Source of the DNA: Thermodesulfobacteriota bacterium
Lineage (GTDB): Bacteria; Desulfobacterota_D; UBA1144; Nemesobacterales; UBA2774
DNA length: 64,000 bases
Direction of reading: 5' to 3'
Assembly (NCBI GenBank): GCA_965223335.1
Contig: OZ244991.1
Location: 1,856,001 to 1,920,000 of the forward strand
Below are positions 39,506-49,577 of the stretch, piece after piece (position 1 is the first letter of the stretch; the number at the start of each line of letters is the position of its first letter). The translations under genes and the position numbers were made by a program. The notes under the pieces are model-generated. The model did not search any database, was not told the DNA's origin, and was given only the letters and a program-made list of their open reading frames with translations.

Positions 39506-39892
39506 ATGTGTGGCATAAAAGATAGGGGCCTGATTCATGTTACTGATATAGATGAGTTTATTGCCGATTTGTTTATGGGTGTAAACGGGGGCAACGCCGG
39601 AGTAATTAGTCTTTCTCTCACCAGTCAAGATAGCCAAGGCAACCTGGCTTGGGTGAGTCTCGAGTCGGATGAAACCATAGAAGCTGAGGGAGTGGATTTT
39701 GAACTCTCACCAAGTGAGTTGAGGGATAAAGATATGGATATGGTAAATAGCTCTAAGTTATTAAATAAGACCGTATACACATCATCCGCACACGAATTCT
39801 TTGACTACCTATTGCAGGAGTACAAAACGGTCGAGTGCCTTTTGGATTTCGACGGCTCGGCTTGGAGAATTAAAATACTAGACTTACGGTAA
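39506..39892 (+). CDS. Hypothetical acidic protein (128 aa)
   Basis: The only sizeable ORF in the gap; protein-like composition; no motif recognised. Confidence 0.6.
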   Translation: MCGIKDRGLIHVTDIDEFIADLFMGVNGGNAGVISLSLTSQDSQGNLAWVSLESDETIEAEGVDFELSPSELRDKDMDMVNSSKLLNKTVYTSSAHEFFDYLLQEYKTVECLLDFDGSAWRIKILDLR

Positions 39893-39923
39893 CAGTGCTC
39901 AAGTCTATAACCCTTTATGCCTA

Positions 39924-41003
39924 TCAATCAAACTGGTTTATTACCTTGTAGTAAGTATCTCTTTGAGCGGGGTTAAATCCCGCACTTCTGATCATGTGGA
40001 CAAGCTCGTCGATGTTTGCCCTGAGTTTATTCTCGGCACAGCCCAGTACGTTTTCGTCATATAACGTACCGCCAAGGTCGCTGGCTCCGTAGTGCATGGA
40101 GATCGTACCGATCTTTTTGCCCTGGGTGAACCAAGAGCCCTGGAGGTGAGTGAAATTGTCGAGATATATGCGTGAGACTGCAAGCACCCTAAGATACCTG
40201 TCGCCGCTTACCTCGTGAGGGAGTTTCCTCTCGAGGAAAGTGTTTTTGGGTTTGAATGTCCATGGTATAAAGGCCAGAAAACCCTCTGTCTCGTCCTGTA
40301 GGTCGCGTACCCTCTTTAGGTGTTCTACGATGTCGGCATCGTTCTCGAAGTGGCCGAACATCATTGTTGCGGTGGTTCTAAACCCGATTAGGTGAGCCTC
40401 GCGTGTGATCTGCATCCAGGTGTCGGCGTCTATCTTGAGCGGGCTCATCTTCTTGCGCACTTTGTTGGTAAGTACCTCGGCCCCTCCGCCGGGGATAGTG
40501 CGGAGCCCCGCATCCCACAGTTTTGTAAGCACTTCTCTTGTAGACAGGCCCTCGTACTTAGCGATGGCTCCGATCTCGGGGGCAGAGAATGCGTGGAGAT
40601 GGAGGTTTGGGATCTCTTCACGTGTGCGTCTAACTATTTCCAAGTAGTATTCGAGGTCTAAGTTCGGGTTGTGACCCCCTTGCAGGAGCACAGTTGTGGC
40701 GCCGTTATGGTACGAAGTTCTCATAATCTCTATGACCTTATCCACACTCATAGTGTAGGCGTCTGGGGCATCGTCGGGCCGCCAAAAGGCGCAGAATAGA
40801 CACTCGGTGTCGCAAACATTGGTGTAGTTGGGGTTTGTGTCGGCTACAAAGGTGACTATGCCCTCGGGATGGTGCCTTCTTCTAATGCTGTCTGCAACCG
40901 CACCCAATTGAAGTGTGGGGGCACTGCCCAACAAATAGACTGCCTCGTCTTCGTTGATTCGCTTTTCTGTCAATGCTTTTTCGTAGATTTTATCTAGATC
41001 CAT
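39924..41003 (-). CDS. mqnC: Cyclic dehypoxanthinyl futalosine synthase (radical SAM)
   Basis: NYTNVCDTECLFCAF, LLQGGHNP, IPGGGAEVL, TATMMFGH, AFIPWTF, QGSWFTQG. Confidence 0.9.
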   Translation of the reverse strand: MDLDKIYEKALTEKRINEDEAVYLLGSAPTLQLGAVADSIRRRHHPEGIVTFVADTNPNYTNVCDTECLFCAFWRPDDAPDAYTMSVDKVIEIMRTSYHNGATTVLLQGGHNPNLDLEYYLEIVRRTREEIPNLHLHAFSAPEIGAIAKYEGLSTREVLTKLWDAGLRTIPGGGAEVLTNKVRKKMSPLKIDADTWMQITREAHLIGFRTTATMMFGHFENDADIVEHLKRVRDLQDETEGFLAFIPWTFKPKNTFLERKLPHEVSGDRYLRVLAVSRIYLDNFTHLQGSWFTQGKKIGTISMHYGASDLGGTLYDENVLGCAENKLRANIDELVHMIRSAGFNPAQRDTYYKVINQFD

Positions 41004-41232
41004 AAATATAAATTCAACCCTATCGATATCTGTGTGTCAATCTCGTAAAAGGTTTGTCATTATACGAGCAGATGGTAGTTTATATCATAGTTGAAAGTCA
41101 TATACGAGGTTCCTTGGGATTTAGTTATTATTACTTGAATAATTTTTTGAGCCGGTGTCCGTTGTCTGCGTAAGGTATGAATAGATTCGACACACTACCA
41201 GCCATAAATCTGTGATTTAGATCCGGATAGTT

Positions 41233-42987
41233 ATGAAGAATATTTTATTCGAGCTTGCGGTGGTTACACTCCTGCTGTTTTCGTGCGGTAAAAAGAGCCC
41301 GGTCGAGATTAATGACGGGATCGGTACAGATGTAAGCACCGAGGAAAGCCGATCCGATGCATACTACCACTTTACACTCTCTAGGATGCATTATTATGAC
41401 GGCGATTATAATAAGTCGCTGGAAGAGCTTAGGACCGCAGAGCAGCTAGACCCCAAATCCACCTATCTTAAATACAACCTTGCTATTATGCACATAGCGT
41501 TTAACCAATTCGAAGAGGCTTTGGATAAGCTCAAGCAATGTATCGAGCTTGACCCGGAGTATGCACCGGCGTACACGCTGCTTGGAAAGATGTATGCGTC
41601 GTCCAAAGACCCCAAGCAGCGCAAGGAGGCAGTCTCTGCACTGGAGAGTGCTGTTAAGTACGATACGGATGACCCCGAGGCATATCTGTTTTTGGGAATA
41701 GTTCAGACGGAGAATAAAGAGTACGATAAGGCGCTTGGGAGTTTTGAGAGGGTGGTGGAGCTCGCACCCCGCAATGAGCTCGGATACTATTTTTTGGGCA
41801 GGATATACCTGGAGAAAGGGGACCTGCAAAAAGCTGAGCAGTACTACAGGTATTCGCTTGAGCTTAACCCGAACAACCCTACCTCGCTTTTGGAACTCGC
41901 TCTTGTCTTTGAAAAGCAGGGTGATCTGGAGAAGTCGGAGCGGATCTATCAGGAGATTATCGATCTATTTCCCCAGAACCTGGATTCCTATGTAAGGTAT
42001 GGAAATTTCCTCTTTCGTGTGGACCGGATTAAAGATGCCAAGGAACAGTTCCAGAAGGCAGAGAACCTGGATTACGGCAACCCTGATTTAAAGCTTAGAC
42101 TGGCACTCATATACATAGAGAACAGGGAGTATAACAAAGCAATTGAAGAGCTAAGCTTAATACTCTCGGGCAGTCCCGAGAACGAGAGGGCTAAGTACTA
42201 CCTGGCGCTGGCTTATATCGAGACCGGCAACTACCAGAGGGCTCTCGAACTTCTTGATACGATTGCACCCACCTCAGAGCTCTATAACAACACAATAGTG
42301 CAGAGAGCGTACCTGAATGAAAAAACAGGGGACATCGAGGGGGCGCTTAAGATTATGCAGGAGATCTACGAGATTGAGCCCAATAATGAAGTGGTTGCGA
42401 ACTACTTGGGTATTATCTATAGAAAGTTGGACCGTAACATCGATGCTGCAAAGCTTTATGAAGACTTTCTGGGCAGGGTTAATAGTGAGGCGGTGCTCTA
42501 TTCCCTGGGTGTGACCTATTTCTTTATGGGTGAGGAGGACCGGTCGATAAATACGATGAAGACCCTAGTAGAATTAAACCCAAACCATGCCGATGCGCTT
42601 AATTTCATAGGCTACTCTTATGCTGAGAACGGCCAGAACCTGGACGAGGCCGAGCAGCTCATAAAAAAGGCTATGCTGCTCTCCCCGGATAAGGGGTACA
42701 TTGTGGATAGTCTGGGCTGGGTATATTTCAAGCAGGGCAGATTGGACGAGGCCATAGAGCTCTTGGAGAGAGCAGCGGAGATGGAAGATAATGACCCTGC
42801 GATATTAGAGCACCTAGGGGACGTGTATAAAGAAAAAGCGGATTATGCAAAAGCGCTCGAGTACTATGAGAAGGGGCTTAGGATAGCGAATGCGGAGCCC
42901 GGGGATAATCCCGAGGCAGACAGGGAACTTAGGGAGAGGCTGGAGAAAAAAATCGAAGCCACAAAAAAGATACTGAGTCTAAATTGA
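41233..42987 (+). CDS. TPR-repeat lipoprotein
   Basis: Lipobox LFS-C, many TPR motifs, C-terminal ALNFIGYSYAE..YIVDSLGWVYF..ILEHLGD. Confidence 0.9.
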   Translation: MKNILFELAVVTLLLFSCGKKSPVEINDGIGTDVSTEESRSDAYYHFTLSRMHYYDGDYNKSLEELRTAEQLDPKSTYLKYNLAIMHIAFNQFEEALDKLKQCIELDPEYAPAYTLLGKMYASSKDPKQRKEAVSALESAVKYDTDDPEAYLFLGIVQTENKEYDKALGSFERVVELAPRNELGYYFLGRIYLEKGDLQKAEQYYRYSLELNPNNPTSLLELALVFEKQGDLEKSERIYQEIIDLFPQNLDSYVRYGNFLFRVDRIKDAKEQFQKAENLDYGNPDLKLRLALIYIENREYNKAIEELSLILSGSPENERAKYYLALAYIETGNYQRALELLDTIAPTSELYNNTIVQRAYLNEKTGDIEGALKIMQEIYEIEPNNEVVANYLGIIYRKLDRNIDAAKLYEDFLGRVNSEAVLYSLGVTYFFMGEEDRSINTMKTLVELNPNHADALNFIGYSYAENGQNLDEAEQLIKKAMLLSPDKGYIVDSLGWVYFKQGRLDEAIELLERAAEMEDNDPAILEHLGDVYKEKADYAKALEYYEKGLRIANAEPGDNPEADRELRERLEKKIEATKKILSLN

Positions 42988-43763
42988 GAAAGTTAATTGT
43001 AGCGGCATTAATCGTTTGTGTTTTGGGTTTTGTATCGTGTGTTAAATACACGGGTGATCAACCGGGTATTTCCGAGGACGCTAAGGAACTCCTACAAAAG
43101 GTCGAGCTCTACCAGAGCTCTATCAAGTCTGTAAAGGGACTTGCCAGAGTAAAGATTAAAACCAAGTACGATAAACTCACCTATAGCCAGGTAACCATAG
43201 CAACGCTGCCCGATATGGTACGGTTGGAAGCCCTTAACCCCTTTGGTAAAACAATGGGGCTCATTGCCTCGGACGGCTCTAAGATATATATATTCTCGGG
43301 CAACGAAGAGCTTGTGTATGACGGTGGGCAGCCGTTTTATCTGTCGTATGTCTACCCTGGGCTTGATCTGCTTTTAACACCGGAGGACCTTGTCGGCCTG
43401 CTTATCGCCAGGCTGCCTAAAAACGGGGTAATCTCGGATAATGTGAGTACCGAGGTGACCGACGGGGGCACGATAAAGCTTATCTTTAAGACCGACAGTG
43501 GAGAGGACCAGACGGTGTGGGTGAACCCGGTTAACTATAGGGTGATGAAGGCGGATGTGGAGCTATGGGACGGTAAGAGGGCCCAATATAGATTCAGCGA
43601 GCTAAAGGACATCGGCAACGGCCTCTACTTCCCTAAGAATATAGACTTCAGTACACGGGATCTGTCCATTACCATTCGTTATGATGAGGATGTGGAAGTA
43701 AATACAAAGGTGGATAGGTTTTTGTTTAAACCGCGCCCCGATTATGTGTATAGCGGTAATTGA
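42984..43763 (+). CDS. LolB/DUF4292-like lipoprotein
   Basis: Lipobox FVS-C, VRLEALNPFG, beta-rich; overlaps the TPR gene by 4 nt, as in TPR-lolB synteny. Confidence 0.7.
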   Translation: MRKLIVAALIVCVLGFVSCVKYTGDQPGISEDAKELLQKVELYQSSIKSVKGLARVKIKTKYDKLTYSQVTIATLPDMVRLEALNPFGKTMGLIASDGSKIYIFSGNEELVYDGGQPFYLSYVYPGLDLLLTPEDLVGLLIARLPKNGVISDNVSTEVTDGGTIKLIFKTDSGEDQTVWVNPVNYRVMKADVELWDGKRAQYRFSELKDIGNGLYFPKNIDFSTRDLSITIRYDEDVEVNTKVDRFLFKPRPDYVYSGN

Positions 43764-43817
43764 TTGAGCGAGTGAGGGAGCGAGGGGGCTTGGTGTGCTA
43801 AGGAGGAAGGAGATAAG

Positions 43818-44099
43818 TTGGGTGAAGTAGATCTATCCAGAGTGTTTGTTGTGAAGAATAAACTCGGGCTCCATGCCCGTGCCGCAGCGGTCTTTGTGCG
43901 TTTGTCCAATAAATTTAAGTCCGAGATCAAGATTGTAAAAGACGGTTACGAGGTGGACGGCAAGAGTATACTCGGGGTGCTGTCGCTGGCAGCGGTTAAG
44001 GACACGGAGATAGAGGTGTTTGCTGTGGGTGAAGATGCGGAGCGCGCCTTGGAGAAGATCGCAAAGCTCATTGAGAGTGGATTCGGTGAGGGCGTTTAA
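43818..44099 (+). CDS. ptsH: Phosphocarrier protein HPr
   Basis: GLHARAA (His15) and DGKSILGVL (Ser46); AAGGAG RBS. Confidence 0.96.
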   Translation: MGEVDLSRVFVVKNKLGLHARAAAVFVRLSNKFKSEIKIVKDGYEVDGKSILGVLSLAAVKDTEIEVFAVGEDAERALEKIAKLIESGFGEGV

Positions 44100-45067
44100 T
44101 TGGTGCTGGGTGTGAAGGCATCGGCAAATATATTTTTCGATGCTATGCCTGCTAGAAAAGTCTTTTTCCTTAAGGACTGTACAAACTCGGGCGATCCACA
44201 CAGATAGACGTGGAGGTCTTTTTCCTGTGGCAGATTCTCTAAAACTATATCCTGAATGTTGCCGGTCAGGTAATTGCTGCCCCCGTTGTTGAGCACACAG
44301 GGTGCGTACGTAACATTGTTGTGGCCCTTAGCAATCTCTATGAGTTTGTGGCTGTAGTAGAGGTCCTCTGAACTGCGTGCACCGTGATAGAGCTCGATTT
44401 TCCCTCGATGGTTGTTTCTTATAGCGTCTACGAGTATCCCGTATAGAGGGGCAAGTCCCGTGCCCGTACCGGCTAATACAATGGGGAACTCGTTGCTATC
44501 CTCCTTTGCGTAAAAGCAGCTGCCCGCGGGACCGCGTATATGCATTACCATGCCCGCCCTGGCCTCGTTTGCTACCCACCCGCTCATCTGACCGTCGGGT
44601 ATATGACGGATGTGAAGCTCGATAAAACCGTCTTCTTCGGGCTGGTTGGCAATGGAGTAGCAACGCGATACGTTGTGGGGATTGATAAGAGTGAGGTACT
44701 GCCCAGGGATGCATGTAAATCGGTCGAGCGGTTTTAGTCTGAGTGCAACAACGTTATGAGTTAGTTTCTCGACATCTGTTATCTTTGTAGGAACCGTGGA
44801 TTCAACTACGCTCGGGAGATCTATTGATAGATCTTGGGTAGGTTTTAATCTGCACGCAAGAGCAAACCCCTTTGCCTTATAAGTGCTCTTTAAGCCCTTT
44901 TGGGACTCTTCTGGAGCCTTACCCTCAAGTACCTTGATCATGCATGTTTGGCATGACCCGGATTTACAGGAAAAAGGTATGCTCTTTTCGTTGCGGGTTA
45001 AACAATCGAGAACACTCTCACCTTGCTCGATCGTAAAATTCTCGGCCTTAAAACGCAGTACAGGCAT
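44096..45067 (-). CDS. [2Fe-2S] ferredoxin-FAD/NAD(P)H oxidoreductase
   Basis: CKSGSCQTC..LAC, PGQY, RCYSIAN, GQMS, AGTGTGLAP, YLCGSP. Confidence 0.93.
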   Translation of the reverse strand: MPVLRFKAENFTIEQGESVLDCLTRNEKSIPFSCKSGSCQTCMIKVLEGKAPEESQKGLKSTYKAKGFALACRLKPTQDLSIDLPSVVESTVPTKITDVEKLTHNVVALRLKPLDRFTCIPGQYLTLINPHNVSRCYSIANQPEEDGFIELHIRHIPDGQMSGWVANEARAGMVMHIRGPAGSCFYAKEDSNEFPIVLAGTGTGLAPLYGILVDAIRNNHRGKIELYHGARSSEDLYYSHKLIEIAKGHNNVTYAPCVLNNGGSNYLTGNIQDIVLENLPQEKDLHVYLCGSPEFVQSLRKKTFLAGIASKNIFADAFTPSTN

Positions 45068-45076
45068 TATTAATTC

Positions 45077-45430
45077 CTAGAGATCCAGCACATCATCATG
45101 CGTGCTGGCAGCTATGGCCATTACTTGGTTAATAAGGTCGTTCGGAACACTGAGTTCTTCGAGTGTAGCCTGAAGGTGGCCTGCAACAGCCTGAAAATGC
45201 TTTTCCTCGATATCCATATCTTTGTGTGCTTCGCGCATGTCTTTTCCCGTATACTCATTAGGGCCGCCAAAGGCCATTGTCAGAAAAGACTTTTGTTTGG
45301 CAATCTGCTCATCCATATCGATTTTATCGAAAAAGTGTGTGAGATCGGGGTCTGCTAGGACCTTGCGATAGAAAATATCGACAGCCGCGTCCACTGCTCC
45401 TTCTCCTCCGATTTGTTCAAATAGAGACAT
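45077..45430 (-). CDS. Group 1 truncated hemoglobin (trHbN/GlbN)
   Basis: SLFEQIGGEGAVDAAVDIFY, KQKSFL..AFGGP..YTGKDMREAH, HFQAVAGHL. Confidence 0.96.
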   Translation of the reverse strand: MSLFEQIGGEGAVDAAVDIFYRKVLADPDLTHFFDKIDMDEQIAKQKSFLTMAFGGPNEYTGKDMREAHKDMDIEEKHFQAVAGHLQATLEELSVPNDLINQVMAIAASTHDDVLDL

Positions 45431-45489
45431 ACTAACACCTCGCTATATAGTATATTTTTGCATACCAGTGACAAATAGTGTCGCATAAG

Positions 45490-45520
45490 ACAATATACGA
45501 ACTTATATAACGTATATTGT
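45490..45520. promoter_or_regulatory. Inverted-repeat operator candidate upstream of the globin-reductase pair
   Basis: ACAATATACG-N11-CGTATATTGT, a perfect 10-bp inverted repeat. Confidence 0.5.
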
Positions 45521-45745
45521 ACGACCGGTGGTAATAATTGTCAACAGGTAAAAATAGTAGAAGATATTTTGCATGATTATAGAGGGTTATGTGTGTAAAT
45601 GATTTGGAAATCGAGTAGTCTGATAAGATATGTGTATTAATATTGATATGGAATATGCTTTACTGCTCAATTGCAGGTAACTTTCAAAGGTGATTTATTC
45701 TTTATAGCTGACTGGACTCGAATTAACACTATTGGGTGGCGATCA

Positions 45746-46360
45746 TTGGAAATATATTATTTTTTAAAAGCGATTTTAGTAGGGATGATCATAGCATTGC
45801 CAATAGGGCCGGTGGGTGCCCTCGGTATACAGAGGACTGCTGTAAAGAGCATGGCTAGCGGAGTGATTTCGGGCTTGGGAGCGACGGTCGCAGACATAGT
45901 TTTCGGCCTTGTATCGTTACTGGGTATGAGTTTTATATCGGGTCTTTTGCTGGAGAATGAGGCTATATTCAGGGTAGTCGGCGGGTTGATACTGTTTTAT
46001 TTTGGGATTTCCGTCGTGCTATCGGACCCGAAACGTGCCGTCAATAATTCGAGTTCTTCTTTATTGGCAGATTTTGTGTCTGCGTTTTTATTAACCCTTT
46101 CAAATCCCATGGTTATCCTATCATTTGTGGCTGTATACGCTGTGCTGGGTATTGTGGGGCCTAGTTTGGACGCCAAAGAAATCACTATCTTCATTGCTGG
46201 ATTTTTCATAGGCTCTATGGGGCTATGGGTTTTAGTTAGTTATATAGTCCATGTGATGAAGAAAGGGCTCGATGAAAAGGGGATCGGATGGATCAATAGG
46301 GGTGCAGGGTTATTAATAATCGGTTGTGGAGTGTATGCGTTCTTAAGCTTATTGATCTAA
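45746..46360 (+). CDS. LysE/RhtB family exporter
   Basis: IALPIGPVG, GLGATVADI, FLLTLSNP. In-frame TTG 45746 preferred over 45671. Confidence 0.88.
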   Translation: MEIYYFLKAILVGMIIALPIGPVGALGIQRTAVKSMASGVISGLGATVADIVFGLVSLLGMSFISGLLLENEAIFRVVGGLILFYFGISVVLSDPKRAVNNSSSSLLADFVSAFLLTLSNPMVILSFVAVYAVLGIVGPSLDAKEITIFIAGFFIGSMGLWVLVSYIVHVMKKGLDEKGIGWINRGAGLLIIGCGVYAFLSLLI

Positions 46361-46370
46361 GGTATTAGCG

Positions 46371-47294
46371 CTATTTGCCTAGTATATCGTTTTTCTGACC
46401 CCTAAAGATCACTAGAAAAACTACACCCGTTATTATCGCTACACCGCCCATGAGTTTTATGAATGACGGTAGTTCGCCGAATAGCGTAAATGAGAGCAAA
46501 ATTACAAACAATGACTCCATGGGCATGACTGCGGTGGATCGAGAGACGTCGAGTAGTTTGATGGATTGGAACTGGCATGCCTTCGCCACGTATGCTCCTG
46601 TGATGCCTCCCAGAGCCATATAAATAATATTAAGTGGTGAGGGCACATGGAATTTACCCATTATGACTATGTAAATGAGTAGTGCTATGGATACCCCGAG
46701 CGTGCGGAGAGTGGCGACCGTCAGCATGTTTAGATCCTGTCCCGTTTTTTTAATGATGAAGGATAGAAACGAATAACAAAACGCTGCGCCAAGTGCAGTG
46801 AGCGTGCCGTATATTAGGTAGCTCTCGCGCTGGTAAGCAACCACTATACCCCCTGCGATCGTTATTATTATTCCTATGGTCTCGCCTCTGTTTAACCTCT
46901 CGCCCAGGAACATGATGCCCAGTGTTAGTGAGAAAAGAGTCTGTGCCTTCATGAGAAATGATGTGAGGGGAAGCCCGATTGTGCGAAGCGACATTATCCA
47001 TAACGCTGCACCCAAAGATGTCACTAGCGAGCTGTAAATGAATATCCTCGTATATTTTCTTAGGTTTCTGAGCTCGGCTTTTTGTGACGGGATCAGCAAT
47101 ACTGTAAATATCGAGAGAACAAAAGCGCCCGCGAACCAGTAAAAAGTAGTTACAAACGCATCGATATCGGTATCTACGGCCCTGCCGAATGCGTAGGAGA
47201 AAGCCGTAAATAGTGCCGTCCCGACTAAAAACAGATAGCCTTTTAACGGGAATTTACCGGATTGTGTTTGTTGTTGAGTGTCTGAGTTGCTCAT
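46371..47294 (-). CDS. DMT/EamA family transporter
   Basis: About 10 TM segments with two repeats ending FLGE/LFGE. ATG 47294 avoids overlap with the upstream gene. Confidence 0.88.
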   Translation of the reverse strand: MSNSDTQQQTQSGKFPLKGYLFLVGTALFTAFSYAFGRAVDTDIDAFVTTFYWFAGAFVLSIFTVLLIPSQKAELRNLRKYTRIFIYSSLVTSLGAALWIMSLRTIGLPLTSFLMKAQTLFSLTLGIMFLGERLNRGETIGIIITIAGGIVVAYQRESYLIYGTLTALGAAFCYSFLSFIIKKTGQDLNMLTVATLRTLGVSIALLIYIVIMGKFHVPSPLNIIYMALGGITGAYVAKACQFQSIKLLDVSRSTAVMPMESLFVILLSFTLFGELPSFIKLMGGVAIITGVVFLVIFRGQKNDILGK

Positions 47295-47299
47295 GCTAT

Positions 47300-48232
47300 C
47301 TATTTGTCTTTTAAACCGCGCCTCCACCACCACGCTAAGATCGAGCCCGAAATGTTATGCCATACACTAAAGAGGGCAGAGGGTAAAGCGGCAAGCGCAC
47401 CGAAATGCACCGATGCCAGTGCTACTCCAAGCCCCGAGTTCTGCATCCCTACCTCTATAGAGATGGCCTTGGTGCTTGCGATGTCCATCCCGATTAGTCT
47501 GCCAAGCACATAGCCTGTCGAAAACCCTAATGCGTTGTGAACTATTACAACCAGCGCCAGTACAATACCTAAATTTTTTATAGATTCGGAATTTGCTGCA
47601 ACTATTACACCCACAATAAATATGATCGATAACGAAGATAATGACGGCAATATGGGCATTGCGTATTTTAGGTAGTTGCCCATAAGCCTCCTCGACAAAA
47701 GGCCGAGCGCGATCGGGATGAGTATTATTTTTATTGCGGACACAAACAGTTTTGTTACCGGTACGTCTACCCACTGCCCAGCGTATAGATACATGAGCAG
47801 GGGAATCATAAGGGGTGAGATGAGCGTGGATACAGAAGTGATAGTGACCGAGAGTGCGAGGTCACCCCGGGCGAGATACGTGATGACATTGGACGCCGTG
47901 CCCCCGGGACAAGACCCGAGCAACACCACCCCGGTAGCCAGTAGAGGGCTAAGGCCAAATAGCTCGGCGAGTAAGAATCCTACAAATGGCATGATCACGT
48001 ATTGCGCTGCCACGCCTACCGTTACCGCCTTGGGTCTCTTGAGCACCCTCTTAAAATCACCCGGGGTGAGCGTCATACCCATGCCAAACATAATCACACC
48101 CAAGACAGGGACAATGAGATAAGAGAGGGATGCGAAGCTCTGAGGGGACCAAAAAGCAATCAGTGAGAACAATAGAATCCATACTGTGAAGAGATCCGTG
48201 ATAACCCTGTTGATGAGTTCTATGTATCTCAA
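47300..48232 (-). CDS. Bile acid:sodium symporter (BASS) family transporter
   Basis: MFGMGMTL, AQYVIMP, CPGGTASNV, ISIEVGMQNSGL, FSVWHNISG. Confidence 0.95.
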   Translation of the reverse strand: MRYIELINRVITDLFTVWILLFSLIAFWSPQSFASLSYLIVPVLGVIMFGMGMTLTPGDFKRVLKRPKAVTVGVAAQYVIMPFVGFLLAELFGLSPLLATGVVLLGSCPGGTASNVITYLARGDLALSVTITSVSTLISPLMIPLLMYLYAGQWVDVPVTKLFVSAIKIILIPIALGLLSRRLMGNYLKYAMPILPSLSSLSIIFIVGVIVAANSESIKNLGIVLALVVIVHNALGFSTGYVLGRLIGMDIASTKAISIEVGMQNSGLGVALASVHFGALAALPSALFSVWHNISGSILAWWWRRGLKDK

Positions 48233-48284
48233 AGTGGCTTAATGGGAACGCTCGAGGTTTTTGGGTCTCGCCTGCTGATTATAA

Positions 48285-48725
48285 TTATTCTTCTTGTTCC
48301 GTATCCGGGGGTCGCGGAGCCGCCTGCTCGACGGCGATCGCAAGTTTGGCAAAGCCCTCGGTTTTAACTATATCCATTACCTGTACAACCTTGCCGTGAG
48401 GGACCGTGTTGTCTGCGCGTATTATAACCAACGAGTCTTTTTGCTGGTTTTCTCGAAGGGTATTTCTAAGCGCTTGTAGATCTGTGGTTTTATCGTTGAA
48501 GTACACTTTGCCGTCTTGGGTCAGGTTTATGGTCATCTGCTCGGTTTTTACAGGTTCGGCAGAGCTTGCTTTGGGCAGCTTTACGTTAATACCACCCGAG
48601 GTGGCGGCAAAATTAAACGAGAGCGCAAAGAATATGAGCAGGTTAAACACTACATCGACGATTGGTGTCAGATCGAGTGTTGCCCCCGCTCCTGATTTAT
48701 TTAACTTTTCTGTTCTAAATCTCAT
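48285..48725 (-). CDS. exbD: ExbD/TolR family biopolymer transport protein
   Basis: DLTPIVDVVFNLLIFF, VKLPKA, IRAD..VVQVMD. Confidence 0.9.
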   Translation of the reverse strand: MRFRTEKLNKSGAGATLDLTPIVDVVFNLLIFFALSFNFAATSGGINVKLPKASSAEPVKTEQMTINLTQDGKVYFNDKTTDLQALRNTLRENQQKDSLVIIRADNTVPHGKVVQVMDIVKTEGFAKLAIAVEQAAPRPPDTEQEE

Positions 48726-49381
48726 CCCATTTTGTCTTCTGTTTGATTATCGTTACGTTCTTTGAATTCGGATATATATTCTAATACTCTCCGGGACTCT
48801 TCTTCCATTAGCGAGACGAACTCGTCTGTGCGCCCGGATATGTATTTGTAGGCTATGAATGCGGGGATGGCCACGACAAGACCGAGTGCGGTGGTGTATA
48901 GGGCTTCGGATATACCACCCGCGAGCTCAGGGGGGTTTACGATGGGTTTGTCGGCTATGACCCTGAATATCTTTATCATACCGGATATGGTTCCGAGCAG
49001 GCCTAGAAGTGTGCTCACGTTGCTTATTGCGCCCAGTCCCTCGTTGTAACGGTAGAGCTCTATAGCCTCTTTGCGGCCGGACTCTTCGATCTCTTCTCGG
49101 ATCTCCTCTTTGGGTCTGCCCGAATACTCAAGGGCATTCTCTGCGATTTTTGCTATAGCGGAATTATTGGTCTGGGCGTAGATTTTAGCCTCTTTTACCC
49201 TGCCGTCTGAGATCATTCTGAGTATAGTGGTTATGAACTGTCCGGGTATGATCTTGTTGGTACGCAGCGTCCACATCTTTTGCAGAAAAATTGCTAGCCC
49301 TATAATAGAGCAAAGGATGATCGGATATACGAAAAATCCCCCTCTATCTATAACCTCAAATATACTCAGGTCTAATTCCAT
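48722..49381 (-). CDS. exbB: MotA/TolQ/ExbB proton channel protein
   Basis: GGFFVYPI, LLGLLGTISGMI, LAGGISEALYTTALGLVVAIPA. Confidence 0.9.
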   Translation of the reverse strand: MELDLSIFEVIDRGGFFVYPIILCSIIGLAIFLQKMWTLRTNKIIPGQFITTILRMISDGRVKEAKIYAQTNNSAIAKIAENALEYSGRPKEEIREEIEESGRKEAIELYRYNEGLGAISNVSTLLGLLGTISGMIKIFRVIADKPIVNPPELAGGISEALYTTALGLVVAIPAFIAYKYISGRTDEFVSLMEEESRRVLEYISEFKERNDNQTEDKMG

Positions 49382-49577
49382 GGGACCTCCGAATGGTTAT
49401 GTTAAGATGAGCTTAAATTGATATGTCGAACTGCGTTAGTAAGAATTGCATATAGGATATCTACACCGCTTTATAAGGTCAACCAAAATTAAGCAGTGGT
49501 AGATTGATTTGCCCGTAGATTGATCGAGGTGTTGCATTTGGGGCAGAAATCGGTAATTTTACGCTTTGAGTTAGACC

